A stretch of 37,913 bases of DNA from Sphaerobacterales bacterium (GTDB taxonomy: Bacteria; Chloroflexota; Chloroflexia; Thermomicrobiales; UBA6265): positions 1 through 37,913 of the forward strand of contig JBEIRG010000002.1 of the NCBI GenBank assembly GCA_040376155.1, read 5' to 3'. The notes under the pieces are model-generated. The model had not been told where the DNA came from. It did no database searches and saw nothing but the letters and a program-made list of their open reading frames with translations. This document shows, piece after piece, positions 9,692-18,620 of the stretch (position 1 is the first letter of the stretch; every line of letters begins with the position of its first letter). A program made the position numbers and the translations under genes.

Positions 9692-11179
9692 TCAGTCGAG
9701 CGGAACGGCCTGGCTCGCGAGGCGATTGATGACCATGAGGCGCGGTTCGGTCATGTCCTCGATGGCGTAGCGGAGACCCTCGCGGCCGAGACCGGAGTCC
9801 TTGACGCCGCCGTATGGCATGTGATCGATCCGGTAGGTCGGGATGTCGTTGATGACGACGCCGCCAGCCTCGATGTTTTCCCAGGCGACCATCGCCTTTT
9901 CGAAGCTGTTGGTGAATACGCCTGCCTGCAGGCCGAAGGAGGAGTCGTTCACGAGCCGGATGGCTTCACCGAAACTCTTCACCGGGAAGAGATTGACGAG
10001 CGGCGCGAAGGCCTCCTTGGAGCAGGCGGGGCAGGCGGGGTCCGTACCCTCGAGCACGGTGGGCTGGAAGAACCGGCCTTCACCGGCGCCGCCGGTGAGG
10101 ACGCGCGCGCCCTTCGAAACGGCGTCGGCGATCCACTGCTCGGTGCGGGCCGCGGACTTGTCGTCGATCATCGGGCCGAGATCGGTGGCGCGGTCGAGCG
10201 GGTCGCCGCTGACGATCTTTTCGACCTCGGCGATAAACGCCTTCGTGAAGCGTTCGTACACGTTCTCGTGAACGAAAATGCGCTGGACCGAGATGCAGAC
10301 CTGGCCTGCGTAGGCGAACGCGCCGACGCGGGAGCGGGCGGCGGCGAACTCGACGTCGCTGTCATCGTCCACGATTACGCCGGCATTGCCGCCGAGTTCG
10401 AGCACGACCTTCTTCTTACCGGCCTGCGACTTCATTTTCCAGCCGACATCCGGGGAGCCGGTGAAGGAGAGAAGCTTGAACCGGTCGTCCTCGACCATCA
10501 TGTTCCCGGCCTCGCGGCTCATGGGGAGGATGCTGACCGCGCCTTTCGGCACGCCCGCAGCGTCGCACATCTCGGCGAACAGGAGCATCGTCAGAGGGTC
10601 GAGAGAGGGTGGCTTGAGGACGATGCTGTTGCCTGACGCGATGGCGGGGGCGATCTTGTGAAGGGCGAGGTTAAGCGGGAAGTTGAAGGGCGAGATGCCC
10701 GCGACGGGGCCGACGCCGAAGCGCTTGACGATGCCCATCCGGCCCTTGCTGCTCGGCATGAGGTCGAGTTGCATGACCTCGCCTTCGATGCGCTTGGCCT
10801 CTTCGGCGGCGGTCTCGAGGACGAATGCGCCGCGGTCGGTTTCGATCTCGGCGTCGCGGATCGGCTTGCCCGCCTCGGTGGCGATCATCCGGGCGACCTC
10901 GTCCCGACGGGCGCGCATCTGGGCGGCGAGCTTCTTCAGCAGATCCACCCGCTCGTAGATCGGCATGGCCGACATGATCTTCTGGGCGGCGTCGGCGGCG
11001 ACGATGGCCCGCTCGAGCTGGGCTTCGGTGGCGTTGAAGGTGACCCCGACGACGGAGCCGTCAAACGGGTTGGTGACGACGAGCGGGTCGTCGGATTCGA
11101 CCCATTCACCGGCGAGATAGATGGGGTAGCGCTTTGCAGTAGCCGCCGACGCGGCTGCGTGCTGGACGGTCGTCGCCAT
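9692..11179 (-). CDS. NAD(P)+-dependent aldehyde dehydrogenase family protein
   Basis: Start taken at ATG 11179 (MATTVQH...), with AAGGGAGA SD 6 nt upstream. ALDH motifs ELGGNAG and catalytic Cys in AGQVCISVQRIF. The track ORF extends to 11410 but that part overlaps the next gene and is Pro/Ser/Arg-rich junk. Confidence 0.85.
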   Translation of the reverse strand: MATTVQHAAASAATAKRYPIYLAGEWVESDDPLVVTNPFDGSVVGVTFNATEAQLERAIVAADAAQKIMSAMPIYERVDLLKKLAAQMRARRDEVARMIATEAGKPIRDAEIETDRGAFVLETAAEEAKRIEGEVMQLDLMPSSKGRMGIVKRFGVGPVAGISPFNFPLNLALHKIAPAIASGNSIVLKPPSLDPLTMLLFAEMCDAAGVPKGAVSILPMSREAGNMMVEDDRFKLLSFTGSPDVGWKMKSQAGKKKVVLELGGNAGVIVDDDSDVEFAAARSRVGAFAYAGQVCISVQRIFVHENVYERFTKAFIAEVEKIVSGDPLDRATDLGPMIDDKSAARTEQWIADAVSKGARVLTGGAGEGRFFQPTVLEGTDPACPACSKEAFAPLVNLFPVKSFGEAIRLVNDSSFGLQAGVFTNSFEKAMVAWENIEAGGVVINDIPTYRIDHMPYGGVKDSGLGREGLRYAIEDMTEPRLMVINRLASQAVPLD

Positions 11180-11309
11180 GATCGACGTCTCCCTTGCCAA
11201 AGCCCATGCGGGCCGTGCGAACTCCTGAACTGACGGGGAATCATACGGCAGGAGCCCCGCGTCGCGAGCGGCGCGGGGTTCCTCCACGGATGGGGCAGAT
11301 GATCGGAAG

Positions 11310-12266
11310 CTATTTCTGATGGTTATCGATATAGATGATCGCCTTGGCCGAGTCGGTTTTCCCGCCGTTGTCGATGATGGTGTAGGTGAAGGTGGCCTTA
11401 CCCGAGACATTCTTCTTGGGCCGGAACTTGAACGCTCCGTCGCGGAAGATCTTGATCGAGCCCTTGTCGTTCTTCATCTTCCCGCGGCTGTCGATCCTGA
11501 TGGTGTCCTTACCGTCAGCGTCGGTGGCGTTCTTGAGCAACCCGTCCTTCGCCTTGACATCGAGTTGCACGTTCACCTCGGTGTGGTACTTCTCGTTCTT
11601 GGCATGGGGCTTGGTGTTGGTGGTGGTCAGAATAAGTTCCCAGCCGTAGACGAGCTGGCCGTCAGCGCTGTTCACCGTGTCATCGAGAATGTAAAGCGAC
11701 CAGGTGCCGCGAGGGTCGGTGTTGTCATAGCCGGAGAGATCGACGATGTTGGGCGCGGGCGCGCCGCTGGTGAAAATCGCATTGGTGGGGGCAAGGAAGT
11801 CGCTCGGCTTGTAGGTGCCGGAGAGAATGGTGCCGGGATTCGGGAGTTGGGTTGCGGCTTCGTCGTCGAAGGTCAGGTAGGTATTGACGATGGTGTCGGC
11901 GTTGCCCGCATCGCCCATGACCACGATGGCCTGACCTCGCGGGCCGACAAGCATGACGGCCAGATCATCCGGGGACTGGTGCTCCAGAGCCCGAAGCTTC
12001 ACATCCACATCAACCACATACCCCTTGAGCGAGTCAGGGATCGTGATGGTGGAGACCGGGGTGACCTGGGCTCCATCGAGGATGGACTGAGGGGCGCTGT
12101 TCTCGTACTTGACTACCGCCTTCGGCTCGGGAACGAAGGTCTTTCGGGCGGTGGCCGGGAGAATGGCTGTCGAGGCAAGGAGCACCAGCGCCAGGATCGC
12201 GCCGGCGGTTCGGCGGATGCATTGGACGTAATGTCCCGTGGAATGGAGGATCATAGGATTATCCAT
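11310..12266 (-). CDS. Secreted protein: signal peptide + stand-alone proprotein-convertase-type P-domain + cadherin-like/VCBS-type Ig domain
   Basis: N-terminal hydrophobic signal (AILALVLLASTAILPATA). P-domain pattern (VVDVDVKLRALEHQSPDDLAVMLVGPRGQ ... LTFDDEA ... GTWSLYILDDTVNSADGQLVYGWELIL). C-terminal DADGKD...GKATFTYTIIDNGGKTDSAKAIIYI is typical of bacterial cadherin-like repeats. Visibly lower GC and Lys-rich. The start could be 12254 (MILHS). Confidence 0.6.
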   Translation of the reverse strand: MDNPMILHSTGHYVQCIRRTAGAILALVLLASTAILPATARKTFVPEPKAVVKYENSAPQSILDGAQVTPVSTITIPDSLKGYVVDVDVKLRALEHQSPDDLAVMLVGPRGQAIVVMGDAGNADTIVNTYLTFDDEAATQLPNPGTILSGTYKPSDFLAPTNAIFTSGAPAPNIVDLSGYDNTDPRGTWSLYILDDTVNSADGQLVYGWELILTTTNTKPHAKNEKYHTEVNVQLDVKAKDGLLKNATDADGKDTIRIDSRGKMKNDKGSIKIFRDGAFKFRPKKNVSGKATFTYTIIDNGGKTDSAKAIIYIDNHQK

Positions 12267-12452
12267 GGCGTGAAAACCCCCTGCGGACGTGCAGTCAGCA
12301 GCATCGCGAACCGAGGCGGATGCTCGCCAAAGTTCAATCGGTTAACGATACCAGCGTGTAACGCCGGCAACTTCCGTACGAACAGACTACAGGTCACGTT
12401 CCGCCTCGGCTTGCTCACGATCTGCGGCCAAGGGAATCGGCGGCAACGCCAA

Positions 12453-12476
12453 GGGGCGGCCCTGACGGACCGCCCC
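12453..12476 (-). terminator. Weak candidate terminator hairpin after nuoI
   Basis: 7-bp GC stem (ggggcgg/ccgcccc) plus 2 further pairs after one mismatch, 25 nt past the nuoI stop. Only a short TT follows on the minus strand. Confidence 0.3.
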
Positions 12477-12500
12477 GATGCTGCTGCGGTTCTCCGGTGG

Positions 12501-13001
12501 TCAGCGCCCGAGCAGGACATCACCCTGGCGGCTGCCTGACCATGCTTCCGGCACCCCGGCGTACTTGCCGACGCCATCCTCCCACCAGGACGCGTTCTGC
12601 CTTCCGATGGCGGAAAGTTCAGCCTTGGTGTAAATGAGGCCGTCGCGGGTGAAGGTCGCGAGTTCGTACTCCTCGCTCATGGTGATGGCGTCGACCGGGC
12701 ACACCTGGGAGCAGAGGCCGCAGAACATGCAGCGACCGGCGCGAAGGATGAACTCGCCAAGTTCGCGGTCACCTTCCTCCGACGGGATGACGTGCATCTC
12801 CAGGCAGGAGGTCGGGCAGATGCGGGCGCAGAGACCGCAAGCGACGCACAGCGCCTCGCCGGTATCCGGATCGGCGCGAAGGGATGGCAGGCCGCGGTAG
12901 CGCGGCGCCATCGGACGCTTCTCCTCCGGGTAGCTGATGGTGATGTTCGGCTTGACGAACCGCTTGATGGTGACGCCGAAGCCCTTGACCTCGTCGAACA
13001 T
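12501..13001 (-). CDS. nuoI: NADH-quinone oxidoreductase subunit I-like 2x[4Fe-4S] ferredoxin
   Basis: 166 aa. N-terminus FVKPNITISYPEEKRP is NuoI-like. Two CxxCxxCxxxCP clusters (CVACGLCARICP, CMFCGLCSQVCP). 21 nt downstream of nuoG. Confidence 0.75.
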   Translation of the reverse strand: MFDEVKGFGVTIKRFVKPNITISYPEEKRPMAPRYRGLPSLRADPDTGEALCVACGLCARICPTSCLEMHVIPSEEGDRELGEFILRAGRCMFCGLCSQVCPVDAITMSEEYELATFTRDGLIYTKAELSAIGRQNASWWEDGVGKYAGVPEAWSGSRQGDVLLGR

Positions 13002-13022
13002 GGGAGGGATGTCCTTTCAGAA

Positions 13023-15428
13023 CTACCGGCGCGCGGCGGACAGGGCGGGAACGACGCCTGCCATGCCCGGCGCTCCGGGGGTGAGGATCGGGGTGCCCGC
13101 GTCGGTGAATGAACCGGTCGGAACGCTGATGCCTCCCCGCTCGAGACGGGCGTAGGTGACGCCGCCGTAGCCGGGAACGAGTGCGGAGATGTCGCCCATC
13201 ACCTGCGAGGCGTGGCGCTCGGGAACCATGTATCCCATGCGGCGGCAGATGCGACCGAGGATGTCGTTGCCGGATTTTGCTTCGCCCATGGCCGGGATGG
13301 CGGCGCGAACGCGCTGGACGGTTCGGTCGAAACTGGTGAGCGTGCCATCCTTCTCCATCGCCATCGCGAGTGGAAGGACGACGTCGGCGAGGCGACCGAG
13401 CGGGGTGTCCTTGTAGTGATCGGCGACCACAAGGAACTCGAGTTTCGGCAGAACCGCGTAGAGGCGCGGGTCGATCTCGGCATCGCGGCCAGCGACGGTG
13501 TTTTCAATGTACATCGCGGTCACATCGCCCGATTCGATGGCGGCGACGAGGCGGTCGATCTGGTGACCGTTCTCTGCCGGAAGGGCGCGAACCGGAACGA
13601 AGCCGTTGCTGGTGGTGGCACGCTCGCCCCACCGGGCGAGCAGGGCCTGCTCGAAGCGGGCGCGAAGCTCGTGATCGCCAACGTGGCCACCTCCGGGGAA
13701 GCGGAGCGGGTGGGCGCCCATGTCGACCGCGCCCTGGTAGTTGGCCGGGCCGCGAGGCGTGGCGACGCCGCCTCCCGGGCGGCCGAGATTGCCGGTCAGG
13801 ATGGCGAGATCGATGCAGGCGGCGACGATCTCGCCGGCATCCTCATCGCCCTCGCCGAGGTGGGCGACGGTGCTGTAGATGAGGGAGGGGCCGTAGCCGC
13901 CCTCGGGTGTTTCGTGCTTGATGCCGGCGCCGCCGGTGCCGAAGATGACCGCGGCGCGGTCGATCAGGTCGGCGTCGCAGCCGGTGGCCGTGGCGACCTG
14001 ATCGAGGGTGTGGTCGCGATGGCGGTGATGGGCCTCCGCGCCGGGCGCGGCGAGACCGAGTTCGACGATGCGGTTGGTGATGCCGCGAATGAGGGTTGCG
14101 ATCGTGCCGCGGTTGGGGTTGAGCCAGACCGGGGCGCGGTGGCAGAGGGCGTAATCGTCGTGGGAGATGACGACGTACTTCGCCTCGCGATAGAGCGTCG
14201 AGTGGTAGAACCAGTAAGAGGCAACCGGCTCGGTCCGGGCGATGCTCGGCCCGACGACAAGCCCCGCCCTGGCGTCGGTAAAGAACTCCTGCATGTTGTT
14301 CGTGGCCGTCACGTCGCGCCCAAGTCCGAGGGCGGCGGCGCGCTCGACAGCTCGCTGGGCCGGAGTGAGCAGGCGGTCGATGTTCGGGCTGGCCATTACT
14401 GCGCGGGTAAAGGCTTGCAGGGAGAAGATCTCTTCGTTGGTGGAGTCAGGCGAGGCGAGCGCGGCGAACGTGCTGCCCTGATGGTGGGCCAGCGATTCGG
14501 CGACCAGATCGACCGCATCATCCCACTGCACTTCATAGGCAAGGCCGGTCTGGTCGTCCCTGACGGCGGGGTAGTAGAGCCGATCCTGATGCTGGACCTG
14601 CTCGTGTCCCCAACGGCCGAATTCGCAGGTATAGCCGTGATTGACGCCGCGCTCCCAGAGGTGGGTGGTGCGCCGGGCAATGCCGCGGTTCGCCTCGACG
14701 TTGATGGTGCAGCCGACGTCGCAGAAACCGCAGATGGTCTCGGTGCTGTCGAGCTCCCACGGGTGGTGCCCGAAGTGGCGGTCGGTGAGCGCGCCAACCG
14801 GGCAGACGGCGATGCACATGCCGCAGTTGGTGCAATTGGTCTCGGAGAGGTCCTCGCCGAAGGCAGGAGCAATCGTGGCCTCAAGCGAGCGATTCTGGGA
14901 CTCGATGGCGAGTGCGCCGATCATCTCGTCGCAGACGCGGGTGCACCGATTGCACATGATGCACCGGTCCCACTTGTAGTCGATGAGTTCGCTGAAGTGC
15001 ACGTAGGGCTGGCTGAACTTGGGCCTGCGGTAGGGATTGGCGTTGATGTTATGCAGATACGTGTTGTCCTGGAGATAACACTCGCCGGACTTGTCGCAGG
15101 TGGGGCAGTCGAGCGCGTGGTCAATCAGGTACATCTGGAGGATGAATTGACGGGCTTCCATTACCTGTGGCGAGTGCGTGAGCACGTCGATGCCTTCAGT
15201 GAACGGAGTGGCGCAACTCTCGATCAAACCGCCGCGCCTGCCGAGGACCTCGACCGTGCAAATTCGGCAGGAGCCCCAGGTGCGGAGCAGGGGCTGATAA
15301 CAGAGGTTGGGAACCTCGATGTCGGCCATCCGGGCCGCCTCGAGGATGGTGGTGCCGGCCGGCACGGTCACATCGAGGCCGTTGATCTTGCCGGTGACCA
15401 TTTTCTGCTCGGTGCGGGTCGTCACCAT
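13023..15428 (-). CDS. nuoG: NADH-quinone oxidoreductase subunit G-like (2Fe-2S/4Fe-4S N-terminus + molybdopterin-oxidoreductase-fold domain)
   Basis: VTGKINGLDVTVPAGTTILEAARMADIEVPNLCY...GSCRICTVEV is the NuoG 2Fe-2S module. Followed by HxxxCxxC and Cys clusters (CIMCNRCTRVC, CTNCGMCIAVCPVGAL). ATG 15428 is preferred (GAGG 12 nt upstream); the track starts at GTG 15446. Confidence 0.8.
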   Translation of the reverse strand: MVTTRTEQKMVTGKINGLDVTVPAGTTILEAARMADIEVPNLCYQPLLRTWGSCRICTVEVLGRRGGLIESCATPFTEGIDVLTHSPQVMEARQFILQMYLIDHALDCPTCDKSGECYLQDNTYLHNINANPYRRPKFSQPYVHFSELIDYKWDRCIMCNRCTRVCDEMIGALAIESQNRSLEATIAPAFGEDLSETNCTNCGMCIAVCPVGALTDRHFGHHPWELDSTETICGFCDVGCTINVEANRGIARRTTHLWERGVNHGYTCEFGRWGHEQVQHQDRLYYPAVRDDQTGLAYEVQWDDAVDLVAESLAHHQGSTFAALASPDSTNEEIFSLQAFTRAVMASPNIDRLLTPAQRAVERAAALGLGRDVTATNNMQEFFTDARAGLVVGPSIARTEPVASYWFYHSTLYREAKYVVISHDDYALCHRAPVWLNPNRGTIATLIRGITNRIVELGLAAPGAEAHHRHRDHTLDQVATATGCDADLIDRAAVIFGTGGAGIKHETPEGGYGPSLIYSTVAHLGEGDEDAGEIVAACIDLAILTGNLGRPGGGVATPRGPANYQGAVDMGAHPLRFPGGGHVGDHELRARFEQALLARWGERATTSNGFVPVRALPAENGHQIDRLVAAIESGDVTAMYIENTVAGRDAEIDPRLYAVLPKLEFLVVADHYKDTPLGRLADVVLPLAMAMEKDGTLTSFDRTVQRVRAAIPAMGEAKSGNDILGRICRRMGYMVPERHASQVMGDISALVPGYGGVTYARLERGGISVPTGSFTDAGTPILTPGAPGMAGVVPALSAARR

Positions 15429-15645
15429 CGTGCTCGTTCGCCTCACAGGTTCGCCCGAAAACCAGCCCGTTCAGGCATGAACGGACCGCCGGGTCGCGTC
15501 GCTCGATCCGTCGGCGATTCTAGCATAGGGAGGCGCAGACTCCCGGTGCGCGGCGGTCATTCGGGGTACGGACGCGTGCTAAACTCTGGAGTTGGTGCCG
15601 CATCCATCCGGGGGGCGGCGACGCATCGCGGCAAGGCGGGGAATC

Positions 15646-17115
15646 GTGGGTCGGACGGACGCGCGCACGGTGGAACTGGAAACGGTCATCGGGCTCGAGG
15701 TTCACGCTCAGGTTCTCACCCGCTCGAAGATGTATTGCACCTGCTCGGCCCGGTACGCGGACGCCCCGCCGAACACGCATGTCTGCCCGACCTGTTGCGG
15801 GCTTCCCGGTGCGATGCCGGTGATGAACCGGGCGGCAATCGAGAGCGTCATCCTGACCGGGCTCGCCCTCAACTGCGAGATCCCGGGCTTCTGCAAGCTG
15901 GACCGCAAGAACTACGTCTACCCCGACCTCCCCAAGGGGTACCAGATCAGCCAGTACGACCTTCCGCTGTGCGTGGACGGCTGGCTTGAATTCGTCGTGG
16001 ACGGCGAGACCGTCCGCGCCGGCATCACGCGCGTGCACATCGAGGAGGACACCGGGCGGCTGGTTCATCGGACGGACGCCATGGGAGCCGAGATCAGCCT
16101 CGTCGATCTCAACCGCTCCGGCGTGCCGTTGATGGAAATCGTGGGCGAGCCGGACCTGCGTTCGGCTGATCAGGCGCGGGAGTATCTTGTCGCGCTTCGG
16201 CAGTCCCTGCGCTACATCGGCGTCAGCACGGGCAACATGGAGGAAGGCGCGTTCCGCTGCGACGCCAACATCTCCGTGCGTGAGGTGGGCGGCCCACTCG
16301 GCTCGAAGGTCGAGATCAAGAACATGAACTCGTTCCGGGCCGTCGAGCGCGCGCTTCGATACGAGGAGCAGCGGCAGCGTGAGGCGCTCGCGGTGGGAGG
16401 AACGATCCCGCAGGAGACGCGTGGCTGGGTCGAGGCCCAGGGGATCACCGTTTCCCAGCGCTCCAAGGAGCAGGCGCACGACTATCGCTACTTCCCGGAG
16501 CCGGACATCCCGCCGATGCACGTCGGGGCCGAATTGGTGGAGGCCGTTCGGGGCAGACTGCCGGAACTGCCGAACGCGCGGAGGTCCCGCTTCATGGAGG
16601 ACTACGCGCTCTCTCCGGCTGACAGCGCCCTGCTGACGTTGGAGCGGGAGATCGGGGACGTCTACGAGGATGTGGTGGCAGGCGGAGACCGGGACCGTGC
16701 CCGGCAGGCGGCCAACTGGATCGTCAACGATGTGATGGGCCTGCAGAAAGCGAAGGGACTGCCGGCGGATACGCTGCCGCTGACGGTGGCGCAGCTGCGC
16801 GATCTGCTGGATCTCGTCGGATCCGGGGCGGTGTCGGCGCGGGCGGCGAAGGAAGTCTTGCCCGAGCTTGCCGACGGCGAGATGCCGCGCGATGCGGCGG
16901 CGCGGCTCAACCTGTTGGCGCTCGAGAATGAGGATGAGGTGCGACAAGCGGCGATCGAAACGCTTGCGGCCTATCCTGCGGCGGCGGCGGATTTCCGTGG
17001 CGGCAAGCAGGCGGCCATCGGCCGCCTCATCGGCGAGACGATCAAGCGGACGGGCGGCCGGGCGAAACCGGATCAGGTCCGGGCACTGCTGATCGAGGAA
17101 CTCGGCCGGCAGTAG
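15646..17115 (+). CDS. gatB: Asp-tRNA(Asn)/Glu-tRNA(Gln) amidotransferase subunit B
   Basis: [23 protein letters not shown]..., [11 protein letters not shown], and a C-terminal YqeY/GatB domain. The start is uncertain: in-frame GTGs at 15592, 15646 and 15670. The last gives an N-terminus of typical GatB length. Confidence 0.85.
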   Translation: MGRTDARTVELETVIGLEVHAQVLTRSKMYCTCSARYADAPPNTHVCPTCCGLPGAMPVMNRAAIESVILTGLALNCEIPGFCKLDRKNYVYPDLPKGYQISQYDLPLCVDGWLEFVVDGETVRAGITRVHIEEDTGRLVHRTDAMGAEISLVDLNRSGVPLMEIVGEPDLRSADQAREYLVALRQSLRYIGVSTGNMEEGAFRCDANISVREVGGPLGSKVEIKNMNSFRAVERALRYEEQRQREALAVGGTIPQETRGWVEAQGITVSQRSKEQAHDYRYFPEPDIPPMHVGAELVEAVRGRLPELPNARRSRFMEDYALSPADSALLTLEREIGDVYEDVVAGGDRDRARQAANWIVNDVMGLQKAKGLPADTLPLTVAQLRDLLDLVGSGAVSARAAKEVLPELADGEMPRDAAARLNLLALENEDEVRQAAIETLAAYPAAAADFRGGKQAAIGRLIGETIKRTGGRAKPDQVRALLIEELGRQ

Positions 17116-17212
17116 CGACGTCATGACAGAACGTGGCGGCTGGAGTGGTCCGGCCGGTCGATCCGGGAATCGGCCCGAAGGCGAGCCGATCCTCGCGGAG
17201 GGTTGTCCCATT

Positions 17213-18496
17213 ATGGTCTCGCAGGTGACGGGCGTGGACGCGCCGCAGTCCGAGCATCGCGATCTGTTCGACGTCGCGGTGGAGCAGTTTGAGATCGCCG
17301 CCGACGTGCTGGGCCTCGATGAGGACATGCGGAAGATCCTCAGCCACTGCCAGCGGGAATTGACCGTCAATTTTCCGGTCGAGATGGACGATGGCTCGGT
17401 GCAGGTCTTTACCGGGCACCGGGTCCAGCACAATGGCGGCCCCGGCCCGACCAAGGGCGGAATCCGCTATCACCCCTCCGTCACGCTGGCCGAGGTCAAG
17501 GCGCTCGCCATGTGGATGACGTGGAAGTGCGCGGTCGTCGGGTTGCCATATGGCGGCGCGAAGGGGGGAGTGACGGTCAACCCAAAGATTCTCTCCCAGA
17601 ACGAACTGCAGAACCTGACGCGCCGGTACACGGCGGAAATTTCGATCATGATCGGTCCGAACAAGGACATCCCGGCTCCTGACGTGAACACAAATCCGCA
17701 GATCATGGCCTGGCTGATGGACACCTACTCCATGACCATGGGGTACTCCGTCCCGGGCGTGGTGACTGGCAAGCCGATCGTGCTGGGCGGCTCGGAGGGG
17801 CGCAACGAGGCGACCGGGCGCGGTCTGGTGTACGCAGTGCAATCGGGCGCCGCAGCCCTCGACATGGATCTGTCGAAGACGGCAACCGTCGTGCAGGGGT
17901 TCGGCAACGTCGGCGGCACGGCTGCGCGGCTGATGGCGGAAGCCGGGTCGAAGGTCGTCGCGGTGAGCGATCAGCATGGAGGCCTGTACAACCCCGCGGG
18001 ACTGGATCTGGCAGGGGTGACGGCGCACCTTGCTCGCACCGGGTCTGTGGTCGGGTATGCCGGGGCAGACGCGATCACGAACGATGAACTGCTGGTGCTG
18101 CCCTGCGACATCCTGATTCCCGCAGCGCTCGAGAATCAGATTACCGCGGAAAACGCCGACAGGATCACGGCGAGGATGATCGCCGAGGGCGCGAATGGCC
18201 CGACCACGCCGGAGGCGGACAAGATCCTCTACGACAAAGGCGTCTTTGTGCTGCCGGACATTTTCGCCAATGCCGGCGGCGTGACAGTGTCCTACTTCGA
18301 GTGGGTTCAGGCGCTGCAGGCTTTCCCGTGGACGGAGGAGCAGGTCAACGAGCGGTTGAAGCAGATCATGCATCGCTCCTTTGACGCGGTGTACGAGATG
18401 GCCCGAAAGCACCACGTTCACATGCGGACGGCGGCGCTGATGCGTGCGATCGACCGGGTGGCGGAGGTGCAGCGGCTGCGGGGCATCTACCCGTAG
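17213..18496 (+). CDS. gdhA: Glutamate dehydrogenase (Glu/Leu/Phe/Val dehydrogenase family)
   Basis: GGAGG 11 nt upstream of ATG 17213. Catalytic region GPTKGGIRYHP, PYGGAKGG. Rossmann motif VQGFGNVG. Confidence 0.85.
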   Translation: MVSQVTGVDAPQSEHRDLFDVAVEQFEIAADVLGLDEDMRKILSHCQRELTVNFPVEMDDGSVQVFTGHRVQHNGGPGPTKGGIRYHPSVTLAEVKALAMWMTWKCAVVGLPYGGAKGGVTVNPKILSQNELQNLTRRYTAEISIMIGPNKDIPAPDVNTNPQIMAWLMDTYSMTMGYSVPGVVTGKPIVLGGSEGRNEATGRGLVYAVQSGAAALDMDLSKTATVVQGFGNVGGTAARLMAEAGSKVVAVSDQHGGLYNPAGLDLAGVTAHLARTGSVVGYAGADAITNDELLVLPCDILIPAALENQITAENADRITARMIAEGANGPTTPEADKILYDKGVFVLPDIFANAGGVTVSYFEWVQALQAFPWTEEQVNERLKQIMHRSFDAVYEMARKHHVHMRTAALMRAIDRVAEVQRLRGIYP

Positions 18497-18620
18497 GCCC
18501 GCCTGCGGCAGTACTGGCCAGAGGCGGGCGCGGCGGCGATGCCGCGACCGGGCGCATGGTCTCCGAACGGCAGCAGGGCGTATCCTCAACGGCAGCAGGT
18601 TGACCCGGAGGCGCGCCACG

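Noticed and set aside
11180-11410. Upstream extension of the aldehyde dehydrogenase ORF to 11410
   Set aside because: It overlaps the 3' end of the P-domain gene and is Pro/Ser/Arg-rich. The internal ATG 11179 has a good SD and gives a typical ALDH N-terminus.
12251-12577. 108-aa minus-strand ORF in the nuoI/P-domain intergenic region
   Set aside because: Overlaps the nuoI 3' end and the neighbouring gene start. No SD, Arg/Ala-rich. More likely non-coding promoter/terminator space.
13212-15989. 925-aa plus-strand ORF, the longest in the track
   Set aside because: It is entirely antisense to the well-supported nuoG gene and runs across the nuoG/gatB intergenic region. Its composition (Gly/Ala/Arg/Asp/Val-rich, no motifs) is typical of shadow ORFs in high-GC DNA.
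15520-17454. 644-aa minus-strand ORF
   Set aside because: Antisense to gatB, which has unmistakable conserved motifs. The product is Arg/Pro-rich with no recognisable domain.
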